From Octopus sinensis (Eukaryota), in assembly GCF_006345805.1 (NCBI RefSeq), contig NC_043022.1:23746001-23810000 (forward strand): 64,000 bases of DNA, given 5' to 3'. Shown here piece after piece: positions 25,986 to 40,176 of this stretch; within the stretch, counting starts at the first letter, position 1; each line of letters begins with the position of its first letter. A program made the translations under genes and the position numbers. A model generated the notes under the pieces. It was not told the origin of the DNA. It searched no databases and saw only the letters and a program-made list of their open reading frames with translations.

Positions 25986-27052
25986 GTATGTACACGTATA
26001 TGTATGTTTATGTGTGTGTGTGTGTGTGTGTGTAATTGGTCAGTAGTTCATATATCCAAAAAGAAGCACACTCTAAAACATTAGAAGAGTAATACTTAGA
26101 AGGTTGTTTGTTATGACCAGAGTGTGCAAAACCAATGGTCACCTATTCCTCATTATCACAACTTTTGTCTCTTCCCAGTGCTAATCCAGTCACTGCCCTT
26201 CTTTCTTCTGTAATGTGAGTAGCCATGTAACTCTTCTACAGAAACCTGTTCTGCTCTGGTCCCTTCCCTCATGCTTTAACCCCACCTTGCCCAGTAGCAT
26301 AGGTCTTACAAGCTGCATGGTAATCTCACTAGTGTTGGTTGCTGGTTTCTAGTGCTGGCCGTATGTAAAAAGCACCCTATACTTTATAAAGTGGTTAGCA
26401 TTAGGAAAGGTATCAAGCCATAGAAGCCATACCAAATTAGACTATGGAGCCTGATGTAGTCGGATCTATCACTTACTTTTTTTTGCTTATAACAGCACAT
26501 CAAATGGGATGACAAAATTGATCCAAGACACATGTGTGTGTGTGTGAGTGTGATAGGCTTCTTTCAGTTTCCATCTACCAAATCCACTCGCAAGGCTTTG
26601 GTAAGCCTATAGCTATAGTAGAAGATACTTGCTCAAGGTACTGTACAGCAGGACTGAACACAAGATCACTTGACTGGGAAGCACACTTCTCAATCATACA
26701 GCCACGACTGCATCTATTGTTTTATGTCCATTTTACCATAATGGCATGGGTTAGAGGAATACATGTTATTGAGGCATTGTCTTACAGCTAGATGCCCCGC
26801 CTGTTTTAATGGATTTTTCATTCCATTCATATTCAAAAGTGCAGAGCTAGCTGATGATCAGTTGACAAGGAATATCAACAACATCACCACTTGTAGCTCA
26901 ATGTCATTTTAAGTAAAGCACAGACTGTAAACATCTGCATATACACACACACACTCTCTCTCTCTCTCTCTCTCACATGCACACAAACACATACAAACAT
27001 ACATACATACACATTGGGCTTCCATTGTGAGTGTGTATGTATGTATGTATGC

Positions 27053-27108
<56 letters not shown>

Positions 27109-28206
27109 TATTATATATATATATATGTATGTATGTATGTATGTACACGTATATGTATGTTTATGTGTGTGTGTGTGTGTGTGTGTAATTGGTCAGTAGT
27201 TCATATATCCAAAAAGAAGCACACTCTAAAACATTAGAAGAGTAATACTTAGAAGGTTGTTTGTTATGACCAGAGTGTGCAAAACCAATGGTCACCTATT
27301 CCTCATTATCACAACTTTTGTCTCTTCCCAGTGCTAATCCAGTCACTGCCCTTCTTTCTTCTGTAATGTGAGTAGCCATGTAACTCTTCTACAGAAACCT
27401 GTTCTGCTCTGGTCCCTTCCCTCATGCTTTAACCCCACCTTGCCCAGTAGCATAGGTCTTACAAGCTGCATGGTAATCTCACTAGTGTTGGTTGCTGGTT
27501 TCTAGTGCTGGCCGTATGTAAAAAGCACCCTATACTTTATAAAGTGGTTAGCATTAGGAAAGGTATCAAGCCATAGAAGCCATACCAAATTAGACTATGG
27601 AGCCTGATGTAGTCGGATCTATCACTTACTTTTTTTTGCTTATAACAGCACATCAAATGGGATGACAAAATTGATCCAAGACACATGTGTGTGTGTGTGA
27701 GTGTGATAGGCTTCTTTCAGTTTCCATCTACCAAATCCACTCGCAAGGCTTTGGTAAGCCTATAGCTATAGTAGAAGATACTTGCTCAAGGTACTGTACA
27801 GCAGGACTGAACACAAGATCACTTGACTGGGAAGCACACTTCTCAATCATACAGCCACGACTGCATCTATTGTTTTATGTCCATTTTACCATAATGGCAT
27901 GGGTTAGAGGAATACATGTTATTGAGGCATTGTCTTACAGCTAGATGCCCCGCCTGTTTTAATGGATTTTTCATTCCATTCATATTCAAAAGTGCAGAGC
28001 TAGCTGATGATCAGTTGACAAGGAATATCAACAAACATCACCACTTGTAGCTCAATGTCATTTTAAGTAAAGCACAGACTGTAAACATCTGCATATACAC
28101 ACACACACTCTCTCTCTCTCTCTCTCTCACATGCACACAAACACATACAAACATACATACATACACATTGGGCTTCCATTGTGAGTGTGTATGTATGTAT
28201 GTATGC

Positions 28207-28230
<24 letters not shown>
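25905..28230 (+). repeat. Direct tandem duplication, ~1.15 kb unit x2, junctions inside (TA)n
   Basis: Identical 85-aa ORF-track entries at 26534 and 27687 (offset 1153); the non-microsatellite sequence differs by about one indel that I could see. Confidence 0.95.
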
Positions 28231-28248
<18 letters not shown>

Positions 28249-28410
28249 TATATATATATTATATATATATATATGTATGTATATATATGTACATATATAT
28301 ATATATAGATAGAAAGATAGATAGGAGCAAAGTTTTGTGTTTAAGAAGTTTACCTTGCAACCAATTGTGCACACACACATATATATATATATATCTTTAT
28401 ATGCATATGC

Positions 28411-28461
<51 letters not shown>

Positions 28462-28929
28462 TATATATATAAAACCATGTATATATATATGCATACATCC
28501 CTGTGTTTGTATTTTTCTGTTACTGCTTGACAACTTGTTTTGTTCTGTTCACATTCCATAACTTAGTGGCTTAGTAAAAAGAGACCAATAGAATAAATAC
28601 CACACTTAAAGTAGTACTGGGCAAATTTCATCGTCTAAACTTTCCAAGATAGTGCCCCAGTTTGGTCACAAGTTTACGACTAATGCATATAAAGAATAAC
28701 TTGATAAGAAGATACATGATATGTGTATGTGTATACATATGTGTGTTTGTGTGTGTGTATGTACATGTGTGTATAAATATGTGTGTGGGTCTATGTGTAT
28801 TTGTATGTGCACATATGTATGTACACACACATACATATTGACAGGGATAAAGATATATATATATTAAAAGAGAGTGAGGGAGAGAGAGAGAGAGATTATA
28901 TGTGTGTGCATGCATAAAACTAACACCAA

Positions 28930-29835
28930 TACATAATTTAATTAACATGGGAGCAAATCTCTTAACCTCAAACTTCAAAATAGTTGATAGGATAGAATGC
29001 ATAGCTGTCTGCCCTCTTCATGTTTGCTTAAAATATCATAAACCTAGTTTCCTAAGTGACTTTAAAGGCAGACTTATTAACAAGACTTTTGGCAGAGAAG
29101 GTAAAGTTAGCAAGAATATTCTAGATTCAATCAGAAACTGTATTATACAAACTTTTAACTTCAACAAAACTTTAATTAGATTGATAACACACAAGATAAT
29201 CTCAACGTTAAGTTCTCACGCCCTGTTATTTTGTGCCTTTATTACTGTATTTCCTTTATTAGATTTCAACTGCAGGTATCATTATTGACTTAGATGTTAT
29301 TACTGACTTAACAATTATTATGCTTACAAGAAAGTTCCTTTGTTCTTTTAATGCTTTGTTCTGGATCAAAAAGATTAGCACAGAACTTTTTGTTTTTCTT
29401 ATGGGCCGTTTTGATGCAGCTGAATTTTGTAGCCTAACTGGGTTATTTGTTTTGGATAATATCCTAACAAAATTTTATTCTATAGAGTTAGATATATATA
29501 CTAGGTGTATATACAATGATGGATTAATTTTAACTTGTAACCCTGCCAATTAGACAGGGTTAGGAAAGACTTATTTCATACTCTAAAAAGCTCCAAACTT
29601 AAGATTCTTGTATGTTCTAGTGTTAGTATACTTAATTTCATAGATATTACCCTTAATTTAGCCTCTAGAAATAATAGAAAATGTAATAAAATTAACTGCT
29701 TAAGAACAAAGACCCAATAATCATCATCCTCAGTCCATTTGAGAAATTTAACTGGTAATATCATAAAAGAATTTCCAGTTTATCTTACCATGAAGAGATA
29801 TTTAATGGCACAGCAAGCTCTAAATAGGAGTGTCT
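28930..29835 (+). pseudogene. Penelope-like element reverse transcriptase remnant
   Basis: Degenerate PLE RT motifs LKYHKPSF..GRLINK.FGREGKVSKNILDSI, RKFLCSFNALFWIKK, MGRFDAAEFCSLTGLFVL, IYNDGL, DRVRKDL, NFIDITLNL, NHHPQSI; many stops and frameshifts. Confidence 0.82.
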
Positions 29836-30439
29836 GGTTCAACTGGTTCAATTTTCACCACTGATATCAGAGGAATACATCTTGACATAACTGATACAAC
29901 TACTAAATTTGAAATTACTTATCTCTTTGTGCCTTTACCAAAGAAAATTTATATGAATATTCTTACTGCCAACTGGACAATGCTACATACCTTTGAATGA
30001 TCTCTCTCTATAGATCTTTCTACGCTTACAAAACTTTCTATTCTTTCTCATCTCTAGTTCCTAATTCTTTTTGTTTGTATTCACTGCTTTTTATCTACCA
30101 TATTCTGTTCTTTTGTCTTCATATATTTCAGCCTACTATATCTATCTTTTATCATAGAGCTATTTCATATCACTTAAGTCCTGGCCTCTTATATTTTTAT
30201 TACATACATACCACATATTGTATATTTGCAGATTTCAGCTGGTGACTTTTAAATCAGTCTCTATTCCATTGAAACTCATCATGGTATATTTATTTCATGT
30301 ACAGAATCTGTAGTTTTGCCAATTCACATTATATTTTCATATGCAGTATCTCCTATTATTTTCACATACATATTTTACTTTTGTATTTTATCATTTCATA
30401 TCTGAATCTATGCATGCATATGTTTCCCTATATTGATTC

Positions 30440-30735
30440 ACATATGTATACTTGTTTATATGGGAAACTACCACCCGTGTCATCTCTTGTGAAAGGTAGG
30501 AAAGTCCAGTTTGCTGGACATTGTTGTAGAGTTGAAAACGAGGCAATTTCTACTCTTCTCCTCTGGAAGCCATCTACTCGCGAAACCTGAGGGTGCACAC
30601 TCTCCTCCCATGATGTAATCTCCAGGGATACAGGCATCCAGCAACAGGACCTCCGTAATGCTATGATGGACCATGAAGTCTGGCATAGCATGGTAAATTC
30701 CATTGTCTCGACCATGGTCGAACAATGATGATGAT
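30440..30735 (+). mobile_element. 3' end of an RTE/RTE-X-like LINE
   Basis: LPPVSSLVKGRKVQFAGHCCRVENEAISTLLLWKP...ISRDTGIQQQDLRNAMMDHEVWHSMV, then a GATGATGAT tail. Confidence 0.75.
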
Positions 30736-31112
30736 ACTTGTTTATGCATATTTGTGTATCTGTAGCTTTTCTCTTCTATCTTCCACTTGTTTCAGTCATT
30801 GAACTGCAGCCACACTGGGGCACATCCTTGGAGGATTTTAAATGAACAAATCGACCCCAGTACTTATTTTCTATTTAAGCCTGGTACTTATTCTATCAGT
30901 TTCTTTTGCTGAACTGCTATATTATGTGGCTGTAAATAAACCAACACCAGATGTCAAGTGAGAAGGGTGACAAAGACATACACATACATATATACACACA
31001 CACACACACATATATATATACACCACACACATATGTATGTGTGTGTGTATAGATATGCATATGTATTTATTGCATGTATGCATTTATAAATAGATATATA
31101 TATATGTATATA

Positions 31113-31143
<31 letters not shown>

Positions 31144-32115
31144 GTGTGTGTGTGTATCTATATATGTGTGTGTGAGCATATATATATATGCTCACACACA
31201 CATATATATGCCAGAATGGAAAACGACATTAAATAATGATGATGTATTTTATATATATATAGATGTATTATGCAAATATATATATATGCTTTATGTATAT
31301 CTATATGTATGTGTGTATTATGTAAATTTATATTTCTATATAGTTAGCTAGCTAGACAGATAGACAGACAGACAGAATGATAGATAGATAGATATATGTG
31401 TGTGTGTATGCTTTACTCAGGGCATGTAATTCTCTTGTATGGATGTTTGTGTGTCTTATTAGGTGTAAATCTAAAGATCTATGTAAATATGTAAGTGCAA
31501 GTATACGTCATCACGCTTTATCTTTGCGTAGATTCATATAGTTATGTATAGATAACTATCAGTGACATCAACCATGCATGTAAATACACTCAGATGTCTC
31601 TTTGCATATATGAACATATGCATGTGTTTATATGTATATACATATACATATATATATATGTTTATATGTATATAGCTGTACACAAATTCAAGTCCACACA
31701 TATATATTCTTGCATGTAATTGTTTAAGTATATACATGTGTATTTTTGGGATATATGACATGGGTATGCAGTAATAAGTTTACTTTGCAAACACATGGCC
31801 TCAGGTTCAGTGCTACACAGTGGCACCTTAGGTAAGAGTCTTCTGCTATAGCCCTGCCCAACCAAAACCATATGGATGGATTTGGTACACAAAAACATTG
31901 AAACTGAAAGTAGGCTGTTGTGTGTGTATGGGTATATATGTGTGTGTGTGTGTATTTATAATAATAAGGCTTTTTATTATTATAATTATATAAATTTTTA
32001 CCGAATATGGTCCTTTTCCATACTGAAATACTACTAGGTGAAATTTGTTGATTTTATTAAATTAGTTATATTTCACCCTATATCTGTAATGACTATATAT
32101 ATATATATATATATA

Positions 32116-32393
32116 TCATCATCATCATCATCATCATCATCGTTTAACGTCCGCTTTCCGCGCTAGCACGGGTTGGACGGTTTGACCGGGTCTGGGAAGC
32201 CAGGGGCCGCACCAGGCTCCAGTCTGAATCTGGCAGAGTTTCTACGGCTGGATGCCCTTCCTAACGCCAACCACTCCGTGAGTGGATTGGGTGCTTTTTA
32301 CGTGCCACCTGCACAGGGGCCGGAGGGTCCGGCATCGTCACGATCGGTTCGAGCATTTTAACGTGTCAGCGGCACGGGGGCAACGAGGTCCGG

Positions 32394-32395
<2 letters not shown>
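32116..32395 (-). mobile_element. Young, CpG-rich RTE 3' UTR copy inserted in (TA)n
   Basis: ATCATCATC GTTTAACGTCCGCTTTCCGCGCTAGCACGGGTTGGACGG...; similar copies at 36790-37112 (+) and 55855-56045 (+). Confidence 0.85.
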
Positions 32396-32431
<36 letters not shown>

Positions 32432-33643
32432 TGATGGTATCAACAGTCTGGTAAGGAGTTCACTTTCCAACCACGTGGTTCCAGGTTCAGTTCCATTGTG
32501 TGGCACTTTGGGCAAGTGTCTTCTACTATAACTCTGACTGACCAAAGTCATGTCAGTGGATTTGGTATACAGAAACTAAAAGAAGCCTGTCATGTACGTA
32601 TGTACACACACACACACACACAAACGCACACACACACACACACACACACAAACGCACACACATGTGAGTCTTTGTGTTTGTTCCTCACCCTCACTTGACA
32701 ACTGGTGTTGGGTTGTTTACATCCCTCATAAAGGAGAGCAGTAGAATAAGTACCAGGCTTTAAAAATAAGTACTCGCCCCAATTCGTTTCATTAAAACCC
32801 TTCAAGGCACTGCCCCTGCATGACCCCAACTCAGTGACTGAAATAATTAAGCAATTAAAGATAGACGATATCAGTTAATACATGTTATGGTTGTACTGAA
32901 GTTTGAGTGAAAGCATAAGCAAATGTTTAGCTGCATGCATATGTGAGTAGTTATGGTAAATTTTTGTACATTTACATCCTCACAAATTTTTTTCTGCTCG
33001 TGAACCTGTAGATGCATGTGTTACAATATAAGGATGTATGTGGGAATATGAATATGTTTATTCTTGTGTGCCCTCATTTATTTTACACCACATTCTCTTT
33101 GTGTATTTACAGAAGTATATAAGTTAGTGCATATGTCTTTATATATATATATTGAGATGCAGGCATGGATGTATGGTGTGAATTTTGCATTGCAACCACG
33201 TGGTTCTGGAATCAGTTCCATTGTGTGGCACCTTGGACAAGTATCTTCTACAATAGCCCCAGGCCCAACCAAAGCCTTGGGTCTGCATTTGGTAGTCAGA
33301 AACTGAAAGAAACTTGTCATATATATCTGTCCCACCCATGCTAACATGGAAAAGGGATGTGAAATGATGATGATGGTATATGATGGTATATTTAACTCAC
33401 TTTGTGATCATGAGTGTACACGCACCATGCAGCTTGCATGAAGGCATTTATACATCCAGATTTGTTAATATTTTTTTCTTATACTTTTCTTGCTGTAATG
33501 TGTATTCATTTCTTTTTTGCATCAGTGATTTTATTTTTGATCTTCTCTGTACATGAAGGTATTTCCTTCCTTTTGCTGCTTTTCTTTATGCAAAATGAGA
33601 AGATACATTGCGGAATTGTTATTTTAATGAGTTGTGTCTCTTT

Positions 33644-33749
33644 ATCACCTGATGAGACACATCTGCACTGCCAGATGCCCCTGAATCAGTTATTGAGTGT
33701 CCCTCCTGTGAGGGACTGATGCTAAATGTGTCGAAACAATTGTCTTGAT
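33644..33749 (+). ncRNA. Type I hammerhead ribozyme-like motif, canonical core, ~63-nt insert in stem II
   Basis: ATCAC-CTGATGA-GACACAT...ATGTGTC-GAAA-CAATTGT-C-TTGAT: CUGAUGA at 33649-33655, GAAA at 33733-33736, palindromic stem III ACAATTGT, GUC triplet (cut after 33744). Confidence 0.65.
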
Positions 33750-34935
33750 TCTCGTATAAATTCTCGTATATTCCATCTTTCTTCTTTCAGTTACCATATA
33801 TAAATATATTTAGACTTACACGCACACATATATCTATAAATATATGTATATGTGTGTGTTGTGTGTGTTACTGTTCCCTTGCTTTGACATCATATGATAG
33901 TTGTAAATGAATGTCACCATCATGCAAGCAGTGTCCTGCATTACCAATCTTCTATGTAAACATGTTTGGTTATGGGGAAATGTTACCTTACTTGTAAACA
34001 GGTGAGAGTTGGTAACAGAAAGGGCATCCGGCCATAGAAAATCTTCCTAGACAAAATTCCATTCGATCCATGCAAGTATAGAAAAGTAAGCATAAAAGAG
34101 ATAATAAGGATGATGTCCATAGGTATCAAGACGAGAATCTGAACCAATACAAAATAGAAATATATTCTTTTGGGTCAAGAATATAAATAATATCTATGGA
34201 CAAACATTATTTGTTTTTTTACTCTTAACTTACACACCACTGCTACCAGATAACATCTATTTATATGTACATTTATGTTTATATTTATATACTTGGTTGA
34301 GAAGTTTGCTTACAACCACAAGGTATGGGGTTCAATCACATTGTGTGGCCCTTTGAGCAAGTGTCTTCTACTATAGGTCTGGGCTAACCAAAGCCCTGTG
34401 AGTGGATTTGGTAGACAGAAACTGAAAAATACTCTCATATATAAATGTGTGTGTGTGAGTGATGGTATGTACATGTGTATGTATGAGTGTGAATGTATGT
34501 ATGTTTGTATTTCCTTGCCTTGACATTGCTTGACAGTTGTCAAGCAATGAATTTCACTGTCATACAAGCAGTGTCATTCATTTCCAATATTCTACAAAAA
34601 GCAGGAAGAGCATCCAGTCATAGAAAATTTGGCTCAGTAAACTCTGTCTGACATTTGCAAGCATGGAAAGGAAGACACACACGCTCAAGCACATGCAAAA
34701 ATGTACAACTGTAAAAGCAAATTAATTTCACTTTCCTTGATATCCCCCATATTCATGTGTGTGTGTGCACTTGTACATGTGTGTGTGTGTATGCACTTGT
34801 ACATGTGTGTGTGTGTGTATGTATTTGTATGTTTGAATCTTTAGAAAGTATAATGGTATGTGGTATATTTATTATAAAATGAAAGCTTAAATTTATATTT
34901 TCTTGAAATAATTATAAATATTCATATATACATAT

Positions 34936-35043
<108 letters not shown>

Positions 35044-36023
35044 ATAATATATTTTGGAATAAGTAATAATGTATTTTGAAATGATTTGACTGTAATAATA
35101 TACTTAGGAATTAATTCACTACAATATAAATGGAAAAACATATTTTCTTTTGACAATTATTTTTACCAAAGCTTTTGACTTATGTGGAATATTTTTTATA
35201 TATATAGAGAGAGAGAAGGAGGAGAGAGAGGAGGGGGTGAGAAAAAGAGAGAGAGAAAGAAAGAACGTTTGTAACTTCAACTTGATATTGTGCAATTGTG
35301 AAGAAACATCATTGCCATACAAAAGATGTAATTTGTTTGCAGTCTTGTAGAGAAACATGCTTCGTGAAGGGGAAATATTGTCTTGATTGGAAACAAGTGA
35401 TGGCAATAAATGAGGCATCTAGCTGTAGATAATATGCCTCAATGGATTTTGTTTGACCCATGCAAACATGGACAAATGAATGTTACAATGTTGATGATGC
35501 TCAAGATGTATGTATTTCTTGTATATCTCAGTTTTAATTTGTCTTTGTATGTTTATATCTTTGTGTGTGGGGTGTGTGCATGTAGTATTTATCTGCATGT
35601 GTCTCAGTGTGTGTGCATGCGTATTTGGGTGTGTGTGTAGTTGTGTGTGTAATTGTATGTGTGTGTTATTGTGTGTTTGCGTGTAGTTGGGGTGGGGTTG
35701 TCTATTTAGATATATATGTGTTTAGATGATGAGTACAAGGGAATATTACAATAGTTGTTTAAATAATGATCTCAATAAAGGTTATATATATATATATATA
35801 TATATAAAACACAAGATGTTAGTATGAACAGGCTTTAATCAAAATATAATTGTTTTTGTGAGTAGTATCAGCTGGTAATTGCTGTTTTGCTGTTGTAGTG
35901 ATTTAGATTTGGATTTCCACATGTATATCCATTAAAAGGTGAATTCCGGCTATATGATAGCATATGGTAGCCTATACCTATGGAAGAGCTGTATAAAGCA
36001 AGCCATAAGGTTATTACCCAGAT

Positions 36024-36068
<45 letters not shown>

Positions 36069-38211
36069 CTCTGTGTGAAGTGGTTATATCTGCCACAACC
36101 TCTTGTGTTGGTTTGTCTAAATCCCCATAACTTAGCAGTTCAACAAAAGAGCTTTAATGAATAAGTAGCACACTTAAAAAAAGAGTACTAGGGATTGATT
36201 CTTGAGGCCAAAACCCTTCAAGGTAGTTATCAAGCATGGCCACAGTCCAAAGACAAAGAAAAGTAAAAGATAAGATATCTAGCACTTTGGGCAAGTACTT
36301 TCTATTAAAGCCCCGCTTAGACCAAAGCCTTGTGAGTGGATTTGTTAGATGGAAACTGAACGAATCCCAATGTATATGAATATGTAGCTATATCTATCTA
36401 TATATGTGGGGGAGGAATAAGTGTAAGTGGGTGTGTTGGTTTCTAATTGCCTTGGGTTCATACAGCAGTTTCAAAATGAGCACAACTGTTATACAAGTGC
36501 TGTTCCTTTTCAGTCTTCCATAGAAACATGTCTGGTCATGGGGGGGGGGAAATATCATGCATGGAAGAAGGTGAGTGCTGGTGACAGGATAGATATCTAA
36601 CCATTGACAATATGTTTGAATTCCATCTAGCCCATGCAAACATAGAAAAGTGTATGTTAAAATGAGGATGATGACAATGATGATAGATATAATATTTGTG
36701 TGTGTGTGTGTGTACACAGAAAGTTAAACATTATTACTCAAAAAAATTTTGGGGCGATTGATTTTTCTCAAACTTATAAACTACAGACCAACTAATACAT
36801 ATATATATATTACGTGCCATCGGCACATAAAAAGCGTCATCCAAACATGGCCGATGCCAGCGCTGCCTTGACTGGTTTCTGTGCCGGTGGCACGTAAAAA
36901 GCACCAACTGATCGTGGCCGCTGCCAGCCTCCCCTGGCACGTAAAAAGCACCCACTACACTCATGGAGTGGTTGGTGTTAGGAAGGGCATCCAGCTGTAG
37001 AAACACTGCCAGATCAGACTGGAGCCTGGTGCAGCCTCCTGGCTTCCCAGACCCCGGTCAAACCGTCCAACCCATGCTAGCACGGAAAATGGACGTTAAA
37101 CAATGATGATGATTCATACCACAAGACCCCTTTGAATGAACAGCACATAGAATCTATGTCTCCATATTTTCTATTTGTAATAACAAAATATGAACTCCTA
37201 TCGGAATTTACATGATACGGACAAGAAGTACTTCTATCATTTCTACACACCACTTCCTTTGGGTAATGGAACTGCAACTATAACATCCTACATATATTTC
37301 TATTTTTACTTTGATTCTCTTATTTCCCTTTATACTTCTTATTTCCATCCTTTTCCAAAAGAACTCCTTGCATAGCCAGTACAGTGGTATCATTCTAAAG
37401 CTAAGACAATGCAAAGTGCATTGTGACCAGCAATGTATAAAAACATCTGATAATCTGGTCAATCATGTGATATATATATATATAATATATATATATATGT
37501 CTGTGTGTGTGTGTGTGTATGTATATATATGAAATATATATTATCCAATCTAGCTAATTGTATTATGCTGATGTCATAAAAGAAGCACCTAATGAAATGA
37601 TTACTGCAATGTCAATTATGGCGGCAAGCTGGCACAATCGTCAGCATACTGAACAAAATGCTTATCAGCATTTCATCCATCTTTATGTTCTGAGTTCAAA
37701 TTCCACCAGGGTCAACTTTGTCTTCCATCCTTTCGGGGTTGATAAATTCATTACCAGTTGTGTACTGGGGTTGATCTAGTCGACTGGTCCCCTTCCCCAA
37801 AATTACAGGCCTTGTGCCTATAGTAGAAAAGATTGTTATTATTATTATTATATATCCAACTATTTCCTCTGCCCACTATTCCTGGTGGGAAGGTCGTGGT
37901 TGTAGAGCCCTCGGGCACCTCCACCATAGGATCCTAGCAGAAGCAACCATCATTACACCTTCTGGCTGGATTCCAAAGCATGACCAACTGAAATTATGGA
38001 TATCATCTACCCATCTCATTCTTGAGTAACCAGTTGGCTCAGCTTGATGAATCCATCATGCAATTCATTCATGCAATGTTCTAATCACATGTTCTTAGTA
38101 CTGGAGCTGTGGCCTCTCAATGTGAAGAAAGAGTCTCTCAACTTAAAGAGACACCTTGATCTCCAAGCTATGTGACCAGTTAAATGATTTTACTCCAGAG
38201 ATCCTTTAAAG

Positions 38212-38545
38212 CAGGAGTTCTCAACCATTTTATTTTATCTATAAATCCCTTTGATGACTATTTTTTTCTGGTGGACCCCCATAGCCATTTGATGTTTAGG
38301 AACTAATTTTGTAGATACTGCTTTCAAAATTCCTTTTCGTTTTTTACATATTAACTTGAGTAGGTTGAACTATGTAAAATGTGAGAGAAAGGAACCTAGC
38401 TGTTTCTTGCAATACATACCAATACATACATCTAAAGCAAAAATTTTTCCGGGATCCTTAAAATACTTTTGTGGATCTCCTATTTACTATTTTGTTGCAT
38501 TGGACCCCCCTAAAATATTATATGGACCCTTGTTGAGAACCACCA
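38212..38545. mobile_element. hAT-like MITE
   Basis: Ends CAGGAGTTCTCAACC and TGTTGAGAACCACC; internal TGGACCCCC motifs. Confidence 0.7.
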
Positions 38546-38713
38546 ATTTAGAGGAATCTCATTTCAGCAGCCTGAATCAATCATTACCCAACATTTATGA
38601 CTATAGTTGAGGATAGACATGTAACATAAACCAAACTGGAGATATGTGTGTGCATGTATGGATATGTATGGATACGTATGTATGTATACACAGACACACA
38701 CATATTATATGTA

Positions 38714-38744
<31 letters not shown>

Positions 38745-39170
38745 ATGTGTGTGTGTTTACTTCCCAACTATTTGGTTCTGGGTTCAGTTCCATGTATGAC
38801 ACCTTGGGCAAGTGTCTTCTATTATAGTCCCAGGGTAACCAAAGCCTTGAAAGTGGATTTGGTAGCTAGAAACTGGAAGAAGCCTGTGATATATAGATGT
38901 GTGTGTGTGTGTGATTATGTTTGTGTATGTCCATCACCACTGCTTGACAACCAATGTTGGTTTCTTTAACATCCCCATAAATTTGTAGCTCAGCATAAGT
39001 GACCAATAGAACAAGTGCTGGACTTTAAAAAAATAAACTAATTACTGAAGTTGATTTATTCAACTTAAACTCTTCAAAGTAGTTCCCCAGCACAGCTGCA
39101 ATTCTATGACATAAACAGGTAAAAGATAAAAGCTCTATACAATATGTATATATATATATATATATATATT

Positions 39171-39424
39171 ATATAAAATCCATTCTGTCTGTCTGTGTGT
39201 GTGTGTCTTCTAGGTTCTCGGGCATCCTCCATCTGATTACGCTCAAATTTGATAAGTAGATACCGACGGTATCAGAGCATGTATAAGTCTTGAAAAAATT
39301 ACAAAAATCAATTCCAGGTGAGGCCTATGGGACGGTTGGATAAGTTGTTTTGAGAAAATTTGGTTTAAATGTTTGACAACTCAGCACCGTCCATTGGATG
39401 GGGGGGGGGGGGCGTTTTCCTCAT
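39171..39424 (+). mobile_element. Non-autonomous Helitron-like element (internally deleted copy)
   Basis: ATATAAAATCC-(TCTG)n start and GC-rich 3' region; homologous to ~57995-58354. Confidence 0.6.
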
Positions 39425-40176
39425 ATATATATATATATATATATACATAAGTGGAATTGAACCTGTGTGTGTGTTGTTATTATTGTTGTAATGATTCTCT
39501 CAAGACACAACAATGTATGTATGTACTGCTCTCCACCAAGCCCCTTACTATACCATCACCATAACATCTCCCTTCCAAGATTCCCATCTCTTCATCACTC
39601 ACACTTCACTCTCTCCCAAGTTACTTTCATTGTCACCCAGCTCTTCTATCTACCTTTATTTCTCTACCAACCCTTATATCTCTAAGATGCCCTCTAGCAT
39701 TTCTTTCTGCCTTTGACCCACTCCACGACCACCACTTTCCTTCAATGACTTTCTCAAAGTTCCTCCCCACTCTAGTTTTTGATCTCTTTCTGCCTCTTTT
39801 CTTTCACGCTTTCTGTCCCTAATGTCAGATAGCTCTAGAACCACCTCTTACACAACCCATCCTATCACATTTTTAACAGTATCCCTCCTTTTTGCTAACA
39901 CCTATCACTAATCCCTTCCCTCTTTTCTGTTTTCTACCGTGCTTTCCCTCCATCTCCTCTTGCTCAGCATCCCTCATCCTTTTACCCTGAATCCCCCCTC
40001 TTTTTTTTATACTCTAGTCTTTCAAGTTACAAAACAATCATTACTAAAACTACAATTACTGCTCCAAAAAAGAACTCAACATTAGGATATTGACATTAGG
40101 AAGGGCATCCAGCCATAGAAATCTTGCTAAAGTAGACATTGATGCATGGTGCAGTCCTCTGACCCATTGGACCCTG

